Shown here piece after piece: positions 53,300-64,000 of a DNA stretch of 64,000 nt. Under the pieces are notes generated by a model. That model made no database searches, was not told the DNA's origin, and was given only the letters and a program-made list of their open reading frames with translations. This stretch comes from Eledone cirrhosa (taxonomy: Eukaryota). The DNA lies in contig OZ024745.1 in NCBI GenBank assembly GCA_964016885.1, positions 36,084,001 to 36,148,000 on the forward strand, given 5' to 3'. The position numbers were made by a program, and so were the translations under genes. Each line of letters opens with the position of its first letter. Within the stretch, counting starts at the first letter, position 1.

Positions 53300-53485
53300 A
53301 CACGCACAGAAATGGGCTATACCTGACAGGTTATATTTGGGAATGCATACATCGCGCCCGTCATCTACAACTGCCAGATCAGCGTGGCTTGCCGGTTCAT
53401 GTTTGACTGCCCAGGAGCATCTGCCTTTCACCTTTTGTGGAAGGGACATGTTCCCCTGTTTAGAGAGTCCATTTGCTGCCAGTGG
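53300..53485 (+). mobile_element. Decayed Tx1-type ORF2 fragment
   Basis: QKWA...NAYIAPVIYNCQISVAC...FHLLWKGHVPLFRESICCQ parallels 41500-41700. Confidence 0.7.
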
Positions 53486-55926
53486 GTAGTGGGATCGTTG
53501 GGAATTCTAGAGTGTTAGAAGCGGGTAAATTCAACAACGTTTTTGAGGTGACTTTGGGCACCGATGAAAAAAGCTAGCCTCAGTTTTCTGGGTCACGGAT
53601 AAGTTTTCAGAAAATTTCTATCCGATACAGGGGAACATTACCAGCTCTGTAGTTACGAGATGTGCGTTGTGCGATTCCAATCTGAAGATCATCTCGTTGC
53701 TTTCTTTTAAATGGGAATCGCAGGCTTTTTTTCTCTGCCAGATAACCCTGGTGAAAGAAGTTATGTGTTAAACACGTTTGAAAGAGCTGAAACTCCATCC
53801 TCTTCGGCAAATTTGATTAAAGTTTTGAAGTTTCCCTTGAAATGAAAAATCAGATTCGAGAAGGAGGAACTGCCTTCTAACCAGTGTTATAACTGGCGAG
53901 CATAATCCGAGCGAACTTGCCTGCTCAAAGTATGCGCCCATAAATTAGAGGAGAACAACTGGGAGGGGCAATTTTCCTAGCGTTCATGGTAACAGTGGCT
54001 TATTGAAAGCTTTCTCCGTGTGTGACTGATGGATGCTTTTCCACTTATTGGTGAATTTTAATTTGTTTAATTTGTTAATGTTTATTGTTTTCTTTCATCA
54101 GTTGTTACACAAGATGTAGTATTGGTTGTTTCACTGGAATGCAGAATGTGTACACAATGTGGAGTTTTAAATGCGTTTTGTAGAATGATATCGATCGTTT
54201 AAGGTGTCAGTAATTTACTGGGGTCGCTAAAAGTGTTGATCTCTGAATCCCCTAATATTCATATTATCTTTCATTCTAATAGCAACACTAAACGTAAGTA
54301 ATGCATTGATGAGTTTGAATTACTTCACCCATCCATGAATGTGATCAGAAATATCCTGACAACTTTATATATATATATACATACTTTGTTGTTATTTTTA
54401 TTGTTTATTGTTTATTCAGAGGTACTTTTGGTAAATGTTCATTTATGGTGGTGCATCCTAAACGCAAATATATATTTGTGGTCACAGTATAGGTTATAGT
54501 TTTATGAGATATAAGATTCCAATACAAAAAGGGGGGATATGAATAATTGAGTAAATAATTTAGAGACAGAATCTAGATGAAAACGATAATTAAATTATTG
54601 TTAACGAATTTATAACGCAGAAAGACTGATTATCTTAACTGGAAAGAAATCTAGAGGGAGAAAACTAATATTATTTTTTTATGCGACTAGTTTCTTCAAT
54701 CAATACATCAGCAAATATTATTAGTTCTATGTTTCGCGGACAGGATCAAATTAGTAGACGAAACATGCGCTGAGATGTCTCCCATAAATGAAAAAATAAT
54801 TTAACTATTTTCCAATGATTAATATAAAACTTCCGTCTTAGAATTATTAGTTATAGCTAGTCATTTCTTTTTGTTACCTTTTTTTAAATATTCTCTCTAT
54901 AATATAACATTATACTTTATACAACTATAATTATTCTATCGTAACAAGAGAATCTCTACGTGAAACAACAGCCAAGTCGATCACATAGGTTGTTTAATTT
55001 TGATAAGTACAAAAGTTTATATATTTCTGTCGCATTTATTTCGTGGGATTAAATTATTTCTGATGGTATTATAGATTTGTTGCTTCCATTATTTCCCCGC
55101 TTATAGAGACAATCTATACTTTTGTTTAGACGTTATATCATGCTACTGTGTCATGGATACATTTTACAATAATGCAGTTAATTAGCTCTAAAGAAAATGC
55201 GTTTCATTATATTATTTCGCATTGTCAATAAAAACACTATAGTTCATATTGATGAGCCTGTCGTTTGATCGCCCTGTTCTGTAGGCACTTCTTTCTTCGA
55301 GCTACAGTTAGATCAATATCTGATTGAAATAAATCTCAACCAGTGAACACCAAACTTTATTGCCAAATACAACTGTCTAGATTCATATGAAACAGTGGTA
55401 ACCGTAATCAATGAATAAAGAAATCATTCAATTTTCTCAGTATATACACAATATATGTATCCTTATCTGCGAGTAACCGTTAGGCTGTTCTAAGTAGCAC
55501 AGTGTGAAAGCTCCAAAAGTTCTTAATATATTCTGATTGACTGGAAAACTCGCAATTAAAGTGTCATAGGGTAACAGCTTACAGCCATAGAGAAAATGCC
55601 TGTTTTTGTTTTCACAAATATTAAGCTAATTTGCATATTAGTATTTCTTGGAGTTATGAAATATAGATGTGTAATTAGGGGTGCAGTATATTATATACGT
55701 ATAAGCTTCTTGATACAGTATGATACGCATGAGATTACTTTCGTGAATTTCGGTTACAAAATAGTTCTTCTTCTTCCCCGCAAAGATTTATCTGGTGATC
55801 CTGTGAATGCATAGCCCAGACTCCTAAGTAACATGACATATGACTTAGCACGTTTGCCATGATAAAACTATTATCCGACTCTACTTCGGTATTGGATATT
55901 CATTCTCGTGTCCATCAACATCACAT

Positions 55927-55996
<70 letters not shown>

Positions 55997-56122
55997 TGAT
56001 GAAGGGCTTATGCCCGAAACGTCGGTCCCACACAGCCCCTCTCTCACTAAGCGTGAACCTAATACCTTTTGTATCTTGTACTCCTGTGTTGTTGTTTTTT
56101 TTACTTTCCTATATATATATAT

Positions 56123-56938
56123 ATATATATGTGAAGACAAACATAGAATATTCGAAAATATTCTGTATGTTTATAATAAACATTTTGAAGACCTAATCGC
56201 TATAGAATAGAATACGTCACGTATTACAATTTGAGATTCTCTATAAAAGTAAGGGAAGTAATCTACGCGTTTCATTCTTGTTAGAAATCTTCAGGATTAC
56301 ATATCCAATACTTTTATCGAGAACGACACAGCTAGAGACTTATAGAATACTTAGCTGTGTACAGGAACTGGTTTGATAGAGCGGTAGCCGGTCCGGCAGA
56401 AATTAGAATTTGGATTTAATGCTCTGAAATAGCGATATATATGTGAAGACAAACATAGAATATTCGAAAATATTCTGTATGTTTATAATAAACATTTTGA
56501 AGACCTAATCGCTATAGAATAGAATACGTCACGTATTACAATTTGAGATTCTCGATAAAAGTAAGGGAAGTAATCTACGCGTTTCATTCTTGTTAGAAAT
56601 CTTCAGGATTACATATCCAATACTTTTATCGAGAACGACACAGCTAGAGACTTATAGAATACTTAGCTGTGTACAGGAACTGGTTTGATAGAGCGGTAGC
56701 CGGTCCGGCAGAAATTAGAATTTGGATTTAATGCTCTGAAATAGCGATATATATGTGAAGACAAACATAGAATATTCGAAAATATTCTGTATGTTTATAA
56801 TAAACATTTTGAAGACCTAATCGCTATAGAATAGAATACGTCACGTATTACAATTTGAGATTCTCGATAAAAGAATATTTTCGAATATTCTATGTTTGTC
56901 TTCACATATATATCGCTATTTCAGAGCATTAAATCCAA
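56123..56938 (-). repeat. ORF-less 312-bp tandem array (2.4 units) with hammerheads and terminal inversion
   Basis: Units start at 56131, 56443 and 56755. HHRs at 56258-56300 and 56570-56612: GTAATC-CTGAAGA-T-TTCTaacaAGAA-T-GAAAC-GC-GTA-GATTAC. 56873-56938 is inverted. Confidence 0.9.
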
Positions 56939-57004
<66 letters not shown>

Positions 57005-57444
57005 GTATATATATACAGAAACACCCCCTATATATATATAGGGGGGGGGGTTCTTAACGCTTTGATATATATATATATAGGTTATGCAAGAAACGCTTAG
57101 GGTTATCCGGAATGCAGTAATGGTTAATTACTACACTAGATAGAGTTGACGTACGGTGAGAGGTTACACAACGAGTTATGGAAGAATAGTCGGAAAAATT
57201 CAGTTTCAGATCCTTCTGTATTCCGGAGTGCATCTCTCTCTCGCCCTCGGTCTACCATACTCCCTCTCCACATCTATGAACCTGCTCTCTGTGGCAACAA
57301 ATAATCCCAATCTTGACCACATCAACACAATGCCTAAAGGGCTGTCACCTTGAGAATAAACAGTAAAATAAAACCTTTTGAAAAACATTTTGATGAAGCT
57401 ATCTGTATTCTTCAAACCACTCTCTCCCACTTCTCCAACCCCTA

Positions 57445-57538
<94 letters not shown>

Positions 57539-57688
57539 CTTCTTTCTATCTTCCTTTCTACTCTATCTTTTCCAATAACTTCCTTTAAGAAATACAATGG
57601 TATTTACATTTTAACCATTCTGCTCTGAGGAAATGGTAGTCGCAGCATTTGAAAATTGAGTTTCTGCAATCAAATAATTATTAATTAA

Positions 57689-57737
57689 TGCACTGGGTAA
57701 TTGCTGGCTTTGTGCCTAAAGTAGAAACAATTATTAA
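57689..57737 (+). mobile_element. SINE tail fragment
   Basis: gcactgggtaattgctggctttgtgcctaaagtagaaacaattatt. Confidence 0.75.
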
Positions 57738-57839
57738 TTATCAATTGCACATAGCATGACTAGGCTGTATAACTACTGTTGAAACATTTGTAAGCACTCG
57801 GAATAAATTACCTTTTTATGATGTCTACCTGTTATTATT

Positions 57840-58000
<161 letters not shown>

Positions 58001-58021
58001 TACGTGTATATATATATATAT

Positions 58022-58136
58022 AGATTGAAATAAAATGAAAACGAAATTTCATTTCTCACTCTTAGTATGGCACTTACTTAAATGTAAGTATGCATGTATA
58101 CGTACATACATATATGTATACAGACGTACAGTAGCA

Positions 58137-58182
<46 letters not shown>

Positions 58183-58634
58183 ACATATACACATATATGC
58201 ATACAGGTACACATACATATATGCACGTATCAGTTTACGGACGCTTAATATAACGCCGCTTTGTTCGTTTGTAAACAAACTGAACAGCCTGAATTTATGC
58301 CATACGGTGTTAAGGCAACCACGTCACCTTTTTGTTCAACACTGACACAGGAACGATGTACTAGTTTCAAGCTTGTTAGCTATCATCAGCACCGTTTACC
58401 CATCTGCCAGATAGTTGAACGTTCGAAAGTATATACTTTCCTTATGAAAATTAACGGCTGAGCAGCCTAATTTGCATATTGAGTGAGTTAAATCGGTCAG
58501 GCATACCGAAAACGATAAATTGAAATAAAATGAAAACGAAATTTCATTTCTCACTCTTAGTATGGCACTTACTTAAATGTAAGTATGCATGTATACGTAC
58601 ATACATATATGTATACAGACGTACAGTAGCATGC

Positions 58635-58667
<33 letters not shown>

Positions 58668-59208
58668 CACATATATGCATACAGGTACACATACATATAT
58701 GCACGTATCAGTTTACGGACGCTTATTATAACGCCGCTTTGTTCGTTTGTAAACAAACTGAACAGCCTGAATTTATGCCATACGGTGTTAAGGCAACCAC
58801 GTCACCTTTTTGTTCAACACTGACACAGGAACGATGTACTAGTTTCAAGCTTGTTAGCTATCATCAGCACCGTTTACCCATCTGCCAGATAGTTGAACGT
58901 TCGAAAGTATATACTTTCCTTATGAAAATTAACGGCTGAGCAGCCTAATTTGCATATTGAGTGAGTTACATCGGTCAGGCATACCGAAAACGATAAATTG
59001 AAATAAAATGAAAACGAAATTTCATTTCTCATTCTTAGTATGGCAAAAAAAAAAAAAAAAAAAAAAAAAAGGTGACGTGGTTGCCTTAATACCGTATGGC
59101 ATAAATTCAGGCTGTTCAGTTTGTTTACAAACGAACAAGCGGCGTTATAATAAGCGTCCGTAAACTGATACGTGCATATATGTATGTGTACCTGTATGCA
59201 TATATGTG

Positions 59209-59256
<48 letters not shown>

Positions 59257-59305
59257 TGCTACTGTACGTCTGTATACATATATGTATGTACGTATACATG
59301 CATAA
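58022..59305 (-). repeat. ORF-less tandem array (478-bp spacing) with 2 hammerheads + inverted partial unit; same family as 18297-19330
   Basis: HHRs at 58352-58396 and 58830-58874: AACGGTG-CTGATGA-T-AGCTaacaAGCT-T-GAAAC-TA-GTA-CATCGTT. An A-run at 59045-59070 is followed by an inverted copy. Confidence 0.88.
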
Positions 59306-59306
59306 T

Positions 59307-59380
<74 letters not shown>

Positions 59381-59739
59381 CATACATACATGTATGTATA
59401 TATATATGTGTGTGTGTATATGCGTGTGTGCACGCGTGGGTGCATTTCTGAGTTGCTGTATAAACATTCAATAATATTATATAAACGAAAAGTATCACAT
59501 AATACCATGATTATCAAAATGGCAAGTCCAGAAGGTGTAATACTTTATTTAAAAGCGATACTTCAGGGTTAGTTATGTTTTCTGCAGAAAACCGGAGTAG
59601 TAACGTAAAAGTCACGATAAATGACTTATATACTCGAACCTGTCTACAAGGTTAATCAAAATAGTATTTGCAGCAAAAACAGAAACAATCTAATTTGAAG
59701 GTAGCTATTACACACTCAAGATAGAGTGAATAAATTAAT

Positions 59740-60200
59740 AAACTTGATATCACCATGCGCTCTAATGACTCAACCGAATCAATTGATCTCGTTGGCATGT
59801 ATCCAAAGTAGAATTTGAAACAGCAATTCCCGGACCTCTAGGGGTGTTTATCTAGAAATCAGACGTCCTATTAATTGCCCCAAACTTCAACGAACAACAT
59901 CCAGAAATCAGACGTAAAGCAACAAGTTTCTTCTTTTTAAAAGATTAGTCTAAAACTGTCATTCGAGCATAACTGTAATATAGCCAACGTCCTCGATATA
60001 ACCCTTGATCTAATTTCTGGAACATTCAAACCGTACCACTAAATAAGTGAAAACCTCTCATACCTTAATAAAGATTTAACCGCTGACATTCTGTAATCAA
60101 GTCAATTGTAAAGGGTGCGTCTTTAAGATTTACCCGACTCTCAGCAACCGAAGCTATATTCAATGAGTGTGCGGTCAATTAAAACATGGCATACAAGACA
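59740..60200 (+). pseudogene. Highly decayed Naiad-type RT fragment
   Basis: LDITMRSNDSTESIDLVGMY and NVLDITLDLISGTFKPYH align with Naiad FDVSMGSFDSADVCDLVG and FLDINLDL...HRPFH. Confidence 0.7.
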
Positions 60201-61659
60201 TGCGTTAGTCACTCAATTATACATCACAGGGAAAGATATTTAAACTTAGAATACGCTCCGATTCACGGACATGCAATACAATACAACAAATTCACCAACA
60301 ATAAAAATGCGATGAAAACGAGTGAGGTTAAATGTAGTGCCCCAACATAAACACATCTGAAAACAAATAGTACCATCCTACAGAAATAAATCAACTCTAC
60401 GATAGTGTCCTTCTTTAAGTAGTTTATATTCGGTTTAGATTTACCTCAACAGCTATGTCCAGCCGGTAACATCTGATTTCGTCCATTAGTTCCTGGTCCT
60501 TAGAGACAGAGAAATATTGTGAAGGGAGAGTGAGGGAGAGAGAGTGGGGTCCGGATGAAACGCGAATGAGAAAGAGTGTTGGGAATATGAATTCATGTGT
60601 ACGTTTAAGTATTTACATGCAAATTCAAAACAAAATTTATACTTCTCTTCATATTTTAAGTCATGTCTGAAAAATTGATGCATGTGTGTTGTTTTTTTTT
60701 AAGCACTATTCCTTATGTAATGTTTAATTAGTAATAAACAAAGTATCTATAACCAGTGTGTACTTGGGTGTATGAGCTTTCGGAGTACAGCGTAATTTGT
60801 TTCAATTTTACAATGAACTCTTCTTCATGGACTGTTCGTTATAGTTTTATTGACATTATATTTCATATTATACTGTATTCTATGGTTTATTCAAATACAT
60901 TATATTCCATGAAATCTGGAACCTTACTTTTATTGCACCTTTGTCGTTTATCATTTCTGATACATTAAAAAGCTTCAAAGATTTTACTTTACATGTTTAT
61001 CGTATCACATGACAATCTAGCTTCATATCCAATAGTTTAAATAAATATGACTTCACCTTCGAAAAGTGTTCAACTTATCTAATGGATTCGGCTTACATTC
61101 AACATTGTTATTATAAAACAGTTTCGAATGTACAACATTGTTCCTGAGTAATCTAACTTTATTTTTATTTCATATTTAGTGTTTAGTATTGAATTTAATT
61201 GAATACGAAAAGAGGTCCAGTAACATGAGGTGCTGAGACTAATTTCTATTAGAACAAGCGTCTGTGGTGAAAAACAATATGAGCACCGGCGAAATATTAT
61301 ATGATCTAAGAAATATAAAACCACGTGTCATACACAAAAATATCATTCACACAGATGTCACCATTATGACCAAGACTCAAAAGGGAAACAGACATATAAA
61401 GAATAACACTTCCTTTGATCCAGACACTGAAATCGGGAAAAAATAAATACCGTTGTCTAATCAATGGATTAGATCAAGAAGCAGAACACGACTTCGATTG
61501 TAATAAACCTGACATTGATAGAGGTTAAACAGAGAAGAAATTCATCAATACCACAATCAGGAATTCTTGCAGGTGGAGACTATCTAGGACCTGATGGCTA
61601 CGTCCCGTAAAAAGAAACCAAACTAATCATACTGCTATCAATAGACACCATATCAATCA

Positions 61660-61868
61660 TAATGGTTTCAAAGGCCAGCAATTTGGGGGAGAGGGAAAAG
61701 TCGACGAAATTGATCCCAGTGCGTGACTGGTACTTTATTTTATCGACCCTATAAGGATGAAAGGCAAAGTTAACCTCGGCTGGATTTGAGCTCAGATCAT
61801 AAAGAGCCGTAACTTTATGCTGCAAAGCATGGCGTCCGACCCTCTACCGATACTGCCAATCCACCGCC
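61660..61868 (-). mobile_element. SINE copy, longer-tail subfamily
   Basis: Same head and body as 7204, plus an extra aatttcgtcgacttttccctctccccc segment before aaattgctggcct. Confidence 0.88.
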
Positions 61869-62699
61869 CTCACTATATCAATCATAATATAGCTTCATAT
61901 GCGCCTGCGAAAAACACAAATGTTCACATTCACGAGAAACCTTCACGAGAAACATGATAAAACCAACTGATATGAACAAAGCTAGCATAAAATTTACTAA
62001 ATAACAAACTAAGCCGCTCACTTTTACTGTGAATTGATAAATTGAAAGGTCTGAATTAAGATCTTTGGGAATAACTCTGAATTCGGCACTATAACTCCGA
62101 AGCCAGGAAAATGATTTAAAAAAACCACGATTTTCCTATACAATTTACATTAAAATCCCATCACAGAAACTGTTCATTTATTTGTATTACTTTATCGAAA
62201 TAATCTATACATATTACAAGCGACACAATGTCTACATTATCAGTCAATATTACATTGTTTTGGTTAGGACTTTACTACAGATGTTTGGTAAATAAAGGTG
62301 AAAATATATTACATGCTTGGCAGTGATTCTGTTAAACATGTAAACTATTTATAATGGTTGTTTGGATTAGAAAATGTATGAAATGTTTCTGAAGAAACAT
62401 ATTTATTGATTATAGTATTTATCAAGGGTCGTTCAGTGAATAACTGAATCAACAATTCTATTAATTCAAACATATTTCACGTTTTATTTGAACAAACATA
62501 AACAAAAATGGTGTACATTTTTCATTAGAAATGTGCGAGACATGGTAAGTTTAACAAACTTCCATTGTGTAAGAAACAACAGATATAATTTTGCGGCGAT
62601 TTAATGATAACCAATAACGTAATTATAGATATGTGTACAGAGAAAGTAAAGGAGGGAGGGTAAAGAACATCTATCGAAGTCACTGTCTGTCACCTTTCT

Positions 62700-63802
62700 C
62701 TTTTTACCTTTCTGTCTCTCGTATATAGAAACAATCAAAATACTGGGAGATTAAGGGTTTCTGTATAACTCCCGTTATATAGGGAAAATGATAATAATAA
62801 AGATTTGAAAAAAGCGCCTATACATGCATACGTGTAGAGTACACAAAGAAAGATAATTCACATCAATAGGGATTACATTTGTATTTAATCCGTTTCGCTT
62901 ATACAGCTTTTAAAAAGTTATTTCATGTCTAATTTTGCACGATTCCATTTGTAATGTTATTTACTCTTACGTTTTTCGTAAAACACAGCAGGCTTCTGGT
63001 TGTATCTTTGCCACTTATGTCAAGAAAACTCAATCCTTTACAAGGGAGGTATATTTGGACTGACCAGGTATTAAATATTATGTGTATGAAGAGTTTTGAA
63101 AATTGAACCTTCTTTGAAGTGGAATTCGTGGCCTTCTAATATATAGTTGCACACCTCGCAGTTAGGTCGGTTGTTTCTTTTCATTTCGGATTCTTTAATT
63201 CCAGTTTGCAACTTTGCATTTGTAAGTAAGTTTTCTATATAGTATTCTTTACATTTTATAAGTGGTTATTTTTGTTAAAAGGCTTTTCATTTATTTATCC
63301 TTTGGTAGAATATGTACGTTTAGGTTGTATGTGTTTGTAGATTTCTGTGTTATTTGGGTTAAAAGTTTAAATATATATTATGAGCTTTTGTTCTTTTTTT
63401 TTTAATTTTGTTTTCGGAGTACGTGGATATTAAACTGTCTTGCTTTTTTAATCTTATTATTGATAATATTTTGAGGCCATTTTCTTTTGCTGAGTGTGTG
63501 ATCTATCTTTCTTGGTTTTGAGATTAATATGCAAATTCGCTTAGCTAAGTTAAGTGGAATATTGATACGTATGTGTATTTGGATGAGAACGTGAAACAGA
63601 GATATTGTTGTGAAATGGTAGATTTGAAATATATTTCAGTCTCTACATCTATTTTTTGTTTTGTTAATGGTATGTCTAAAACAGAAATTTTCATTTTCTG
63701 ATATCCAAAGTGAAATGGATGTTAGGTTTCATATTATTGATGAGTGTTTGAAATATCTTTAGTTCATCAAGATTTTTCGTGTGGGAGTATATGCATATAT
63801 AC

Positions 63803-63810
<8 letters not shown>
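62700..63810 (-). pseudogene. Decayed Neptune-type RT thumb/EN fragment
   Basis: KNLDELKIFQTLINNMKPNIHFTLD and NIPLNLAKRIC parallel the 26903-27511 ORF. Confidence 0.75.
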
Positions 63811-63852
<42 letters not shown>

Positions 63853-64000
63853 TATATAATAAGAAATTGAACAGGGACAGAACAGAGAGGCAGTACGACA
63901 AATGTTTATTATATTCACGCTCAGGAGAGTGGGGGGTAGGTGGAGGACGACGTTTCGGGCATAAGCCCTTCTTCAGGTAAGAGTTCAAAAGGTGTGTAGG

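Noticed and set aside
53500-54050. GC-richer block next to the Tx1 fragment as a gene
   Set aside because: No sustained ORF or recognisable motif. Probably decayed repeat, left unassigned.
57625-57665. CTGAGGA-AATG..CATT-T-GAAA hammerhead
   Set aside because: The core and stem II are plausible, but stems I and III cannot be closed. Too degenerate to call.

Overview
AT-rich, microsatellite-saturated eukaryotic non-coding DNA. It is most likely from an Octopus-type cephalopod (inferred from the (TA)n density and the SINE family). I found no intact host gene, and almost all short ORFs in the track are translated (TA)n/(CA)n/(GA)n runs. The window is a retroelement graveyard. It holds at least 9 Penelope-like element (PLE) copies or fragments: Neptune-type, Naiad-type (CxCx5Cx5C, YRDD) and others. 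It also holds many solo, tandem or fold-back PLE terminal repeats (pLTRs), one near-full Tx1/L1-clade LINE in a (TCTA)n site, and about 12 copies of a tRNA-derived SINE. The main hidden layer is about 25 hammerhead ribozyme (HHR) or HHR-like motifs from roughly a dozen unrelated repeat families. Three families carry the compensatory U3-A8 core variant. ORF-less tandem arrays (312 bp and about 450-480 bp units) look like retrozyme or circular-RNA generators. One full-length Neptune element appears to have a separate ORF1 overlapping RT-EN in the -1 frame, a gag-pol-like layout. All calls were made by eye; no searches or folding programs were run.
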